IMG/VR virus record: IMGVR_UViG_3300045988_048147
Coordinates: 1-33,237 of that record
Origin: a virus
DNA length: 33,237 nt
Reading direction: 5' to 3' (one strand)
The notes beneath the pieces were generated by a model. That model had not been told where the DNA came from. It was given only the letters and a program-made list of their open reading frames with translations, and searched no databases. The position numbers were made by a program, and so were the translations under genes. Below, piece after piece: positions 15,599-23,499 of this stretch (position 1 is the stretch's first letter; each line of letters starts with the position of its first letter).

Positions 15599-16510
15599 AT
15601 GGCAACGATTGAAGAACTCGCTGCAAAAGTTGCTGAACTCGAACAGCAGATGGCAGCAATCACGGCCCCGCCTACCGAGTATTACACCAGTGCATACAGT
15701 GGAGAGGAAATTGATGCAGCTGTCAAAAAAGTATCTGAAGGATTGGCTGGCGGCGTAGCCTCCTTCAATGGCCGGACCGGTGTGGTGTTGCCCCAGTCCG
15801 GGGACTACAACGCCACGCAGATCCCGGTGAGCGGAGAGCCGGAGGCGGAGACCGTTGCGGCGGCTTTGTCCAATAAAACGCCCGCGGGGTTTGGGCTGGG
15901 CGGACAATCCAAAGAACTTACCTCTGGTGATGACCTAAACACTATCTGGGAAAATGGCTGGTATCGGTGGGGATCAAGGAGTCCGCAAAATGCTCCTAAA
16001 ATGACATCTGATGTTGGTGGGGCAGGCTACATATTTGCACGGGTTACAAATTATGATGCCCAAAATGTCCTACAGGAATATTGGTCACTTAACCAAAGCG
16101 CACAAAATAAAGCACGTCGCATCTGCAGGAATGGCACCTGGGGGCCGCTCGAATGGATCAATCCCCCCATGCAGTTGGGCATCGAGTACCGCACCACTGA
16201 GCGGTACAGCAACAAACCTGTGTTTGTGATGACCGTGGATGGCGGGGTGTTCCCGAACATCTCGTCAAAGATAATTGACGTCCAAATCCCGGATGCCAGC
16301 GACCAGGTAAAGATGCTTGATTGCTATGGCGTATTGGACAACGGAACGCAAATTCCGGGTCTTTTTGGAGAATCTGTTTTCGGCGCATCAAACTATCTTG
16401 GCCTGTCTACACAGAACGGGAATGGGAAGTTCACAATTTCGGTCGGGTCTAGCCGTATAGTCGGATTAAACTTCACCCTATTCTTGAAATACTGGAAGGA
16501 GGGCACATGA
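15599..16510 (+). CDS. Tail fibre / receptor-binding protein
   Basis: RBS GAGGAGG. N-terminal coiled coil followed by FNGRTGVVLPQSGDYNATQIP, a motif common in Firmicutes phage fibre proteins. Confidence 0.65.
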   Translation: MATIEELAAKVAELEQQMAAITAPPTEYYTSAYSGEEIDAAVKKVSEGLAGGVASFNGRTGVVLPQSGDYNATQIPVSGEPEAETVAAALSNKTPAGFGLGGQSKELTSGDDLNTIWENGWYRWGSRSPQNAPKMTSDVGGAGYIFARVTNYDAQNVLQEYWSLNQSAQNKARRICRNGTWGPLEWINPPMQLGIEYRTTERYSNKPVFVMTVDGGVFPNISSKIIDVQIPDASDQVKMLDCYGVLDNGTQIPGLFGESVFGASNYLGLSTQNGNGKFTISVGSSRIVGLNFTLFLKYWKEGT

Positions 16511-16758
16511 AGATCATCAAATATCAGCTGGCAACGGAGGTCAACCGCGGCACCCCTGAGGATCCAGATATCGAGACGGTGCTCTCCGGTGTTACGATGC
16601 CTTACACAGATTCAAATTACGCCATCGCCCAGACGGAGGCGTATCAAGGGCAGATTACCGTGGAGGACGATGGACAGCCGGAGCCGGAACCTGAACCGGA
16701 GTATGTGACCTATGCGGAGCTTGCGAAAGCAATCAGAGAGGGCGTGAACGAAGTATGA
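16507..16758 (+). CDS. Hypothetical acidic protein with a PEPEPEPE linker
   Basis: Coupled ORF, 83 aa. Confidence 0.5.
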   Translation: MKIIKYQLATEVNRGTPEDPDIETVLSGVTMPYTDSNYAIAQTEAYQGQITVEDDGQPEPEPEPEYVTYAELAKAIREGVNEV

Positions 16759-17219
16759 CGGACAAGCAGTTTGTACTTACCACCATGCGGGATACCGGGC
16801 TTGCGAGGGCACAGACCCTCCAGGCCCAGGCCCTGGACATGACCGGGACGGAGCTGTATGCCTCCGAGGACTACATCCCCAACTTTACGGCGGCCTGTGA
16901 AGCCATGAACATGCTGGAGCGCACGGCGGGCTTTGTCTGCCGGTCCACGGCGGGGCGTGTGGTGCGGCTCCTCCAGCCCTATGACAGCACCATCTACACG
17001 GACGAGCCGGAGGACCTGCCCGCACAGTGGGGCTTTGTATGGTCCACGGACCCGGACAAGGCCCTGCCGTTTATCGCCATCTCCACTTCGCCGTATATGA
17101 CCGGGGACTGCTGCACCTATGACGGTCACGTCTGGCGGTCCGGTCAGGACAACAACGTGTGGGAACCCAGAAGCGTGGGCGTGAAGTGGGAGGGCCTGGG
17201 GGAGGTGCCCAATGGCTGA
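16755..17219 (+). CDS. Hypothetical protein with a CBM5/12-like carbohydrate-binding C-terminus
   Basis: YMTGDCCTYDGHVWRSGQDNNVWEPRSVGVKWEGLG resembles the aromatic pattern of chitin-binding-type CBM5/12 modules. Confidence 0.5.
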   Translation: MTDKQFVLTTMRDTGLARAQTLQAQALDMTGTELYASEDYIPNFTAACEAMNMLERTAGFVCRSTAGRVVRLLQPYDSTIYTDEPEDLPAQWGFVWSTDPDKALPFIAISTSPYMTGDCCTYDGHVWRSGQDNNVWEPRSVGVKWEGLGEVPNG

Positions 17220-17550
17220 CGAGAAGTGCGTTAGAGACCCCCGGCATGACTGCTTTGGCCTGGAAGCAGCAGCCCGTCTGGAGGGGCGCATCAAGGCCCT
17301 GGAGGACTGGCAGCAGGACTCCAAGAAGTTCCATAACTCGTTCTATGACTGGCAGCGGGAGCAGATTGCCCGAGACGCCAAGCTGGACGAGCAGCTTTCC
17401 AACATGGATAAAAACATCGAAAAGCTGCTGGCAAAGCAGGAGGAACAGACGGCAAAACCGGGACGCCGCTGGGAAGCCATCGTGAACAAGTCCGTGTGGG
17501 CGGTGCTGGCGGCGGTAATTGCGTTTATTTTGGCCCGCATTGGGCTGTAA
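17212..17550 (+). CDS. xhlA: XhlA-like haemolysin / lysis-associated membrane protein
   Basis: Coiled-coil N-terminus plus a single C-terminal TM segment, SVWAVLAAVIAFILARIGL. Lies upstream of the holin. Confidence 0.6.
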   Translation: MADEKCVRDPRHDCFGLEAAARLEGRIKALEDWQQDSKKFHNSFYDWQREQIARDAKLDEQLSNMDKNIEKLLAKQEEQTAKPGRRWEAIVNKSVWAVLAAVIAFILARIGL

Positions 17551-17726
17551 AAAAGCGACGCCCCCGAAGGAGCGCCGCAAGCCCGTAGTATTCGTTGTCT
17601 CCGTCCATTGCGACTTAACGCGGAGGGAGCGCTATCAAAACAGCACACGTCTGCACAACGGGCAATAACATCTTACATCATTAGAAACCGGCGGTCAAGC
17701 CGGATATTTGAAAGGAGCTACCAATC

Positions 17727-18044
17727 ATGAACAAGACCATCAATAACATCATCGATGACTTCAAGAGCGGCAAGATTACTGCGGAGGATGCCAACAAGCT
17801 GCTGGTTGAGGCTGGCGCCGGATTTTCCCTGAACCCCGAAAAGAACCCCGACGGCGGATGGACCGAGGCAGAGATGGCGGAGGGATTCCTTCCCGGCGAG
17901 GAAAAGAAACCTCTTCCGGACAAGGTAGACATGGGCCGAAATCAGGCGCTTGCCGGACAAGTGGTTCGCCAGAATACCAAGCGCGGAAAGTTTGATGTGA
18001 CCTATGATGCAGACGGTTATGCCGTCAAGGCCATCCGAGTGTAA
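17727..18044 (+). CDS. Hypothetical protein with a SHOCT-like N-terminus
   Basis: RBS AAAGGAG. IIDDFKSGKITAEDANKLLVEAG resembles the SHOCT motif. Confidence 0.5.
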   Translation: MNKTINNIIDDFKSGKITAEDANKLLVEAGAGFSLNPEKNPDGGWTEAEMAEGFLPGEEKKPLPDKVDMGRNQALAGQVVRQNTKRGKFDVTYDADGYAVKAIRV

Positions 18045-18058
18045 TCGGGAGGTCTGAT

Positions 18059-18334
18059 ATGGACATTTCCTCTCTTGGCATCACCGGAGTGGCGGCTATC
18101 ACCGTCATCTGCCTGCTGATTGGGCAGGGCGTGAAAGCGTCCTCTCTGGACAGCAAGTTCATCCCCATCATCTGCGGCGTGTGCGGTGGCCTGCTGGGCA
18201 TTGCCGGTATGTTCATCATGCCGGACTTCCCGGCCACGGACTACATCACTGCGGCGGCTGTGGGCATTGTGAGCGGCCTGGCTGCTACCGGAGCCAACCA
18301 GGTAATCAAGCAGCTGGGAAGTGACAGTAAATGA
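18059..18334 (+). CDS. Holin (phi LC3-like)
   Basis: 91 aa with hydrophobic segments GITGVAAITVICLLIG, FIPIICGVCGGLLGIAGMFI and AAAVGIVSGLAATG. Overlaps the endolysin start. Confidence 0.75.
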   Translation: MDISSLGITGVAAITVICLLIGQGVKASSLDSKFIPIICGVCGGLLGIAGMFIMPDFPATDYITAAAVGIVSGLAATGANQVIKQLGSDSK

Positions 18335-19023
18335 GCTACACGATAAAGGAGCAGCTGGCGAACTCCGGGAACTATGGCGGTTCCCGGAACGCCAGCCAAA
18401 TCCGGTATCTAGTGTACCACTACACCGGAAATGACGGGGACAAGGCGGCAAACAACGCAAAGTATTTTCAGAACAACATCGTCAAGGCCAGCGCCCACTA
18501 CTTTGTCGATGATACTACAGTCTGGCGATCTGTGCCTGATCTAAAAGTGGCATGGTCCGTCGGCGGCAGCAAGTACGCCAACGCCGATAAGACTGGCGGC
18601 GGCACCATGTACGGCGTTATCAGCAACACCAACAGCCTTTCCATTGAGATGTGCGACACCATCCGGAACGGTGTCTATCAGGCCAGCGAAGCAACTCTTG
18701 CCAACGCTGCCGCCCTGGGCCGGACACTGATGGAAAAGTACGGCATCCCTATTGAGAACGTGTACCGTCACTTTGATGTGACAGGGAAGCACTGCCCGTC
18801 GTACTTGGTGAACGCCCAGAAGTGGGCAGAGTTCAAGAAGAGACTGGAGGTCAAGATCATGGACAATACACCCAGCGGCGCCCACAAGGAGGGCGTGGAA
18901 TGGGCCGTTGCAAACGGCATCCTGACGGGCAACAGCGAGGGGGACCTGATGCTCTCCCAGCCCGTCACCCGGCAGCAGATGTGTACCATGCTGTATCGGT
19001 TTTGGAAGTTGATTGGCCGATAA
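18331..19023 (+). CDS. Endolysin: N-acetylmuramoyl-L-alanine amidase (Amidase_2/PGRP) with an SLH-like C-terminal wall-binding repeat
   Basis: YLVYHYTGN...AHYFVDD...LSIEMC...HFDVTGKHCP. C-terminus GVEWAVANGILTGNSEGDLMLSQPVTRQQMCTMLYRF. Confidence 0.9.
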   Translation: MSYTIKEQLANSGNYGGSRNASQIRYLVYHYTGNDGDKAANNAKYFQNNIVKASAHYFVDDTTVWRSVPDLKVAWSVGGSKYANADKTGGGTMYGVISNTNSLSIEMCDTIRNGVYQASEATLANAAALGRTLMEKYGIPIENVYRHFDVTGKHCPSYLVNAQKWAEFKKRLEVKIMDNTPSGAHKEGVEWAVANGILTGNSEGDLMLSQPVTRQQMCTMLYRFWKLIGR

Positions 19024-19067
19024 TTGCACACGAAATTGCACACGCTTTGATTAAAACCGTTGCGGCT

Positions 19068-19328
19068 CTAGGGATATAACTGAATTTTTAGAGGGTTCGA
19101 ATCTTTTTCTCTAACTCCGGCCTCCGTTTGGAGGTCGGGATTTTTTTGCTTTTCAGCATTTATCCGTTCAATAGCTCTCTTGATTTTTTCTTCTGTTCCA
19201 ATTTGAGGTTTAGTACCAGAAAGGAGGTTTTTAATTGTCGTTTGGTGAACACCGGACAATTTTGCAATTCTGTATTCCGTTAGATTGTTTTTCTGCATTT
19301 CCTCTTGTAGCCATTGTGAAAAATCCAT
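19068..19328 (-). CDS. cI-like repressor, HTH only, no S24 peptidase domain
   Basis: The only convincing minus-strand gene. Internal Met start chosen because the longer ORF would overlap the promoter. MDFSQWLQEEMQKNNLTEYRIAKLSGVHQTTIKNLLSG. Confidence 0.75.
   Translation of the reverse strand: MDFSQWLQEEMQKNNLTEYRIAKLSGVHQTTIKNLLSGTKPQIGTEEKIKRAIERINAEKQKNPDLQTEAGVREKDSNPLKIQLYP
19117..19147 (+). terminator. Rho-independent terminator of the late/lysis operon
   Basis: CCGGCCTCC-GTTT-GGAGGTCGG (9 bp, one G-T pair), then GATTTTTTT. It lies inside the 3' end of the convergent repressor ORF. Confidence 0.7.
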
Positions 19329-19342
19329 AATAAATACCCCTA

Positions 19343-19409
19343 AAAATAGTCTAATATGACTACGAGAAAATAGCCTAAAAATAGTTGACAATAATCTGAA
19401 AATAGTCTA
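19343..19409. promoter_or_regulatory. Four direct operator-like repeats AAAATAG(T/C)(C/T)(T/G)A
   Basis: Copies at 19343-19353, 19367-19377, 19378-19388 and 19399-19409 in the divergent repressor/cro intergenic region. Confidence 0.6.
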
Positions 19410-19413
19410 TAAT
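19385..19413 (+). promoter_or_regulatory. Consensus sigma-70-type promoter facing the cro-like gene
   Basis: TTGACA (19385-19390), a 17-nt spacer, then TATAAT (19408-19413). Overlapped by operator copies 3 and 4. Confidence 0.7.
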
Positions 19414-19543
19414 TGGTCTTGCAATGAGGCGCAAAACACCAAGCCCGTTGATAGACAACCGGCTAAATTCTGTGAACTTTATCCTCCAAAATTAGAGTAT
19501 CACAGCATTATCCGTTTGTCAAGAAACACTCTAATTTGAGGGG

Positions 19544-19750
19544 GTGAACTTTTTGCTATCTAAAAACCTAGCTAGATTGCAAGCAGAGCGGGGGGAGACA
19601 AATTACAGGCTTGCAAAGGAACTCGGGGTACATCAAACCACTATCCAGAATTGGAAGAACGGTATCAGGCCGCATCCTGTTTATTTAAGACTTTTGGCAG
19701 AACACTACGAAACTACTGTAGACGAGCTTCTTTCGGATGATCCTGAATAA
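19544..19750 (+). CDS. Cro-like XRE-family HTH regulator
   Basis: NYRLAKELGVHQTTIQNWKNG (the repressor shares the GVHQTTI recognition-helix core). Start is GTG 19544 or TTG 19553, after GAGGGGG. Confidence 0.8.
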   Translation: MNFLLSKNLARLQAERGETNYRLAKELGVHQTTIQNWKNGIRPHPVYLRLLAEHYETTVDELLSDDPE

Positions 19751-19866
19751 AAGATGCCCCCGCCGATGCTGACACCACCGGCGAGGGCTGCGGAACCTAT
19801 TGAAGCGACCAACAGGCCCGCGAGGTTATTATACACGCCTCCGGGTCAAATGACAAGGAGGTTTTT

Positions 19867-20034
19867 ATGAACGAAAAAGACAGCATCAAAGACCTGGAGT
19901 CCCAGGCGCGCAACACCAAACACCTGATGGACAAGTTAAACCGAGCGGCCTACGGCATGACCTTTGACGAGGCAATCCGGCTGGGCAAAGAAAATCCCCC
20001 GCCGTGCAGCGAACACGACGAGGGCAAGGATTGA
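19867..20034 (+). CDS. Hypothetical 55-aa protein
   Basis: Below the ORF-track cutoff. AAGGAGG RBS 7 nt upstream. MNEKDSIKDLESQARNTKHLMDKLNRAAYGMTFDEAIRLGKENPPPCSEHDEGKD. Confidence 0.5.
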   Translation: MNEKDSIKDLESQARNTKHLMDKLNRAAYGMTFDEAIRLGKENPPPCSEHDEGKD

Positions 20035-20100
20035 GCGAGTACAAACAATCCCTTTGGATACAGTATATCGCCTCCAAGGGGAGAAATCAAGGAGGTATTT

Positions 20101-20313
20101 ATGATTGAAGCATTAACTGCGGCCGAAGCAACAGAAGTCCTTCGCAATGCGGGGCTGCGTATTACTCCGGAGACTATCCGGGATGGCATCCAAAAGAAAG
20201 TCTTCCCGTTCGGGGACTGCGTAATGGCCGAGGACGGCAAGAAAGTCAAATGGTGCTATATCTATAAGGCTTTGCTAGATCGCTGGATCGCCGAAAGAAC
20301 GGTGAGCGCATGA
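20101..20313 (+). CDS. Excisionase-like / MerR-type HTH DNA-binding protein
   Basis: RBS AAGGAGG. LTAAEATEVLRNAGLRITPETIRDGI...YIYKALLDRWIAE resembles the Xis/HTH_17 pattern. Confidence 0.45.
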   Translation: MIEALTAAEATEVLRNAGLRITPETIRDGIQKKVFPFGDCVMAEDGKKVKWCYIYKALLDRWIAERTVSA

Positions 20314-20414
20314 GCATTGAAATGAGTATAGTGGCGGCAATCATTATCATTGGAACGGCCAAGGTTGCCGGATGGTTCATGCGCTTCCTTTCCTGGCTGG
20401 AGGGAGAGCGGTGA
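20310..20414 (+). CDS. 34-aa single-pass membrane peptide
   Basis: ATGA overlap upstream and GTGA overlap downstream. [34 protein letters not shown]. Confidence 0.4.
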   Translation: MSIEMSIVAAIIIIGTAKVAGWFMRFLSWLEGER

Positions 20415-20587
20415 AAGTCGGAGACAAGCTGTGCCTGGAACCCACCATCCCCACCAGCGCCTTTGTGACTGCAAGGACAGGCCCGCAGCCCTGCCGGGTG
20501 GTCTCCATCAACGAGCGGCACCATCATTTCACCGTGGAGTTCGATTTCCCCGAAGGCAGCTTCCGGGAGACCTACAAGGAGGAATAA
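20411..20587 (+). CDS. Hypothetical 58-aa protein
   Basis: GTG start after GGAGGGAGAG. Internal start within track ORF 20372-20587. Confidence 0.45.
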   Translation: MKVGDKLCLEPTIPTSAFVTARTGPQPCRVVSINERHHHFTVEFDFPEGSFRETYKEE

Positions 20588-20590
20588 CGC

Positions 20591-21301
20591 ATGGACAAAC
20601 AAGAGTTGAAAAATATTTTGGACAAGCACCTTAAATGGCTACGAGGCGAAGATGGCGGAGAACGGGCCGACCTGTTCGAGGCCAACCTGTTCGAGGCCAA
20701 CCTGTCCAGGGCCAACCTGTCCGGGGCCAACCTGTCCAGGGCCAACCTGTCCGGGGCCAACCTGTTCGAGGCCAACCTGTCCAGGGCCAACCTGTCCGGG
20801 GCCAACCTGTCCGGGGCCAACCTGTTCGAGGCCAACCTGTCCAGGGCCGACCTGTTCGAGGCCAACCTGTCCGGGGCCAACCTGTTCGAGGCCAACCTGT
20901 CCAGGGCCAACCTGTCCAGGGCCAACTACATTGAAAAGGCAAAAAATTTATTTTATCCCATTGCCTGCCCGGAAATCGGCGCTTTTGTCGGCTGGAAAAA
21001 GGCAAGGGTCAAAACCAGCGGTCATGAGTGCATTGTAAAGCTGGAAATTACCGAAGATGCCGTGCGCAGTTCCGGAACAGGCCGGAAGTGCCGCTGCTCA
21101 AAGGCAACCGTTTTGGAGATTCAGGATTTAGAGGGGATTGTATTGGAGCAGGTCGCCGTCAGTGATAGAGATGAGAACTTCCATTACATTCCCGGAACTG
21201 TGGTCTCCGTTTCGGATTTCGACGAAAACCGCTGGAACGAGTGCAGCACGGGCATCCATTTCTATATTACCCGAGAAGAAGCGGTGAGGCATATCCTATG
21301 A
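20591..21301 (+). CDS. Pentapeptide-repeat protein fused to an uncharacterised C-terminal globular domain
   Basis: 17 consecutive A(N/D)L(F/S)(E/R/G) pentapeptides, then [16 protein letters not shown]...[12 protein letters not shown]...[14 protein letters not shown]. Confidence 0.85.
   Translation: MDKQELKNILDKHLKWLRGEDGGERADLFEANLFEANLSRANLSGANLSRANLSGANLFEANLSRANLSGANLSGANLFEANLSRADLFEANLSGANLFEANLSRANLSRANYIEKAKNLFYPIACPEIGAFVGWKKARVKTSGHECIVKLEITEDAVRSSGTGRKCRCSKATVLEIQDLEGIVLEQVAVSDRDENFHYIPGTVVSVSDFDENRWNECSTGIHFYITREEAVRHIL
20666..20926 (+). repeat. Tandem 15-bp repeat, 17 units plus a 6-bp partial unit, with three unit variants
   Basis: GCC(A/G)ACCTG + TTCGAG / TCCAGG / TCCGGG. Apart from the variable hexamer, the only substitutions are A to G in units 1 and 13. 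Confidence 0.95.
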
Positions 21302-21885
21302 AAAAGCTGACCCGCGAAGAGCGGCGGCGCCGGAGCCAGAGGCGGCAGCTGATTACATATCTCCTGTTTCTGATCTTGCTGCTGGCGTGGCTGGGAAGCT
21401 ACCTGATTATGACGGTGAAAGCAGATCGGCCCGCCATGCACAAGCCGGAGCCCGCCACGCAGGACGGCAGCCTACCCGGCGACGATACCCCGGCCACCAC
21501 TCGCTGTTATCTGACAGCAGAAAAGATCGAGGAAAACGAGAATGAGCTTATAGAAGCTGCTTTGCTGGCCCGGTCTCACAAGCTGGAGGACGTGACCATC
21601 ACCTTCTACTGCTGCGAGAAACGGCCCCACATCTGTGGGACAGGCTCCGGCATCACAGCCAGCGGCAGGCGTGTAACGCCCTATGTGAGCTGCGCCGTGG
21701 ATACGGACATTATACCGCTGGGCAGCACCATCATGATCGAGTACAACGGCGAGATGGTTTATCTGAGAGCTGATGATACCGGTCCGGCAGTCGAGGGGGA
21801 CCATATTGACATTGCCGTCAAGGGGCACTCAGAAGCTTTATCCCTGGGCGTCCAGACGGCAGACATTTGGTGGTGCGAGGAATGA
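21298..21885 (+). CDS. Membrane-anchored 3D-domain protein (MltA/RlpA-like double-psi beta-barrel)
   Basis: N-terminal basic stretch plus TM segment [21 protein letters not shown]-terminus TASGRRV...[10 protein letters not shown]...[15 protein letters not shown] carries the three conserved Asp of the 3D domain. Confidence 0.7.
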   Translation: MKKLTREERRRRSQRRQLITYLLFLILLLAWLGSYLIMTVKADRPAMHKPEPATQDGSLPGDDTPATTRCYLTAEKIEENENELIEAALLARSHKLEDVTITFYCCEKRPHICGTGSGITASGRRVTPYVSCAVDTDIIPLGSTIMIEYNGEMVYLRADDTGPAVEGDHIDIAVKGHSEALSLGVQTADIWWCEE

Positions 21886-22076
21886 ACGCACATGCGAAAC
21901 GCCCAAGAGGCGAGTTGGGTCCCTGCCCAAGATGCGGATTGTATTCCGGCCAGCGATTGGCAATCGAGGGCAACCCGGATATGTTCCTGGTGGCCTGCGA
22001 CGCCTGCGGATGGCGAACTCGGAAATTTACTGATATAAATCACGCGGTGAGAGCTTGGAATGAAGGGAGAACATGA
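21882..22076 (+). CDS. Lar-family zinc-ribbon protein, paralogue 2
   Basis: ATGA overlap. CPRCG...CDACGW...AVRAWNEG. Confidence 0.65.
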   Translation: MNAHAKRPRGELGPCPRCGLYSGQRLAIEGNPDMFLVACDACGWRTRKFTDINHAVRAWNEGRT

Positions 22077-22077
22077 C

Positions 22078-22563
22078 ATGACACTTTACGAGATCGATAA
22101 GGCCATTACTGATCTGGCAGACCCGGAGACTGGAGAGATCACCGACTTTGAGGCGCTGGACAATCTCCAAATGGCGCGGGACCAGAAGATCGAGAACATC
22201 GCCTGTTACTACAAGAACTTGGTTTCCGATGCGGAAGCCATCAAGGCGGAGAAGGAGGCCCTGGCGGAGCGGCAGAAAGTGGCAGAGAACAAGGCGGCGC
22301 GGCTCAAGGAGTATCTCTCTTACGCGCTACACGGGGAGAAGTTCTCCACGCCGAAATGCGCGGTGACGTTCCGAAAGACCACTTCCGTAAATGTGGACAA
22401 CCCTTCCGCCGCCATCGAGTGGGCGGAGCTGAACGGGCATAAGGAGTGCATCCGGTACAAAGCCCCGGAAATCAGCAAGAGCGAGCTGGGCAAGGTCCTA
22501 AAGGCTGGGCAGGAAGTGCCTGGGGCTGTCTTGGTTGAAGGGATTTCTGTGGGGGTGAAGTGA
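22078..22563 (+). CDS. Siphovirus Gp157-family protein
   Basis: MTLYEIDKAITDL...KIENIACYYKNLVSDAEAIKAEKEALAERQKVAENKAARLKEYL matches the Gp157 pattern. Confidence 0.7.
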   Translation: MTLYEIDKAITDLADPETGEITDFEALDNLQMARDQKIENIACYYKNLVSDAEAIKAEKEALAERQKVAENKAARLKEYLSYALHGEKFSTPKCAVTFRKTTSVNVDNPSAAIEWAELNGHKECIRYKAPEISKSELGKVLKAGQEVPGAVLVEGISVGVK

Positions 22564-23168
22564 TGAACCTTGACATTTACAACAATGTCCGGGCCGTCCC
22601 CGCAGAGGCCAAGAAGGAGATCAGAGGTGGGCGGCTGAACGGAAAGACCGATATCAACCCTATGTGGCGCATCAAGAAGCTGACGGAGCAATTCGGCCCA
22701 TGCGGCATTGGCTGGAAATACACCATTGACCGGGAGTGGCTGGAGACCGGAGCCAACGGGGAAATCTCCGCATTCATGGACATCTCACTGTACTACAAAT
22801 ACAACGGCGAGTGGTCCGAGGCAGTTCCCGGTACCGGCGGCAGCGCCTTTATCACAAAAGAGAAGAGCGGTCTGTACACCTCTGACGAGTGCTACAAGAT
22901 GGCCTTGACGGATGCCCTCTCCGTGGCTTGCAAGGCCCTTGGGATCGCCGCTGACGTGTACTGGGACAAGGACAAGACGAAGTATGACAAGACCGATATT
23001 GCGGCGAAAGTCGATGTCACTACATGCGAGAAATGCGGGAAGGTCTTGGAAGCGTACAAGGACTCCAAAGGCGTCACGGTGTCGATCATGAAGCACGTGA
23101 ACGCCAGCATGGAGAAGTTCGGGCACGTCTACTGCCTGGACTGTATTAAGGAGATGAACCATGATTGA
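22560..23168 (+). CDS. Rad52-like (Sak/Sak3-type) single-strand annealing protein with a C-terminal zinc ribbon
   Basis: GRLNGKTDINPMWRIKKLTEQFGPCGIGWKY...DALSVACKALGIAADVY. C-terminus CEKCG...CLDC. Start is 22560 (GTG) or 22563 (ATG). Confidence 0.6.
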   Translation: MMNLDIYNNVRAVPAEAKKEIRGGRLNGKTDINPMWRIKKLTEQFGPCGIGWKYTIDREWLETGANGEISAFMDISLYYKYNGEWSEAVPGTGGSAFITKEKSGLYTSDECYKMALTDALSVACKALGIAADVYWDKDKTKYDKTDIAAKVDVTTCEKCGKVLEAYKDSKGVTVSIMKHVNASMEKFGHVYCLDCIKEMNHD

Positions 23169-23499
23169 TTTGATCTCCGAGATCGGTCAGAAAAGCAAGC
23201 TGTTGGACGCCGCCGTGCAGGAGCTTGGGAAGCGCGGACGCTCCTATGCCCAGTCTGAACAGGAATACCGGATCGCCCTGGCAAAGAGAATTTTGGATGA
23301 ACGGTCCAAAGGTACGCCGGTAACGATCATCTCCGACATCTGCCGTGGAGATCGGGAGATCGCAAAGCTGCGGTTTGAACGGGACTGCGCAGAGGTCGTT
23401 TATAAATCCGCCCTTGAAGCAATCAATGCCATGAAGCTGCAGCTCCGAATGCTGGATGCACAGGTGGAAAGGGAGTGGGGACATGCGGGCAGAGACTAA
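23161..23499 (+). CDS. Hypothetical protein
   Basis: Coupled ORF, 112 aa, helical. Confidence 0.5.
   Translation: MIDLISEIGQKSKLLDAAVQELGKRGRSYAQSEQEYRIALAKRILDERSKGTPVTIISDICRGDREIAKLRFERDCAEVVYKSALEAINAMKLQLRMLDAQVEREWGHAGRD

Noticed and set aside
13378-16510. Diversity-generating retroelement targeting the tail fibre genes
   Set aside because: No reverse transcriptase ORF and no template/variable repeat pair could be found anywhere in the genome.
19091-19102. GGGTTCGAATC, reminiscent of a tRNA T-loop (possible tRNA or tRNA-derived attP core)
   Set aside because: The flanks cannot form a T-stem, acceptor stem or anticodon arm, and no integrase is present to use such a site.
20572-21038. 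Four additional ORFs over the 15-bp repeat array (20572-20925 minus, 20631-21005 minus, 20635-20934 plus, 20652-21038 plus), and the possibility that the array is a CRISPR locus
   Set aside because: All frames stay open only because the 15-bp unit lacks stop codons. Only the 20591 frame has an RBS, a coupled start and a non-repetitive C-terminal domain. The units are contiguous without spacers and far shorter than CRISPR repeats.
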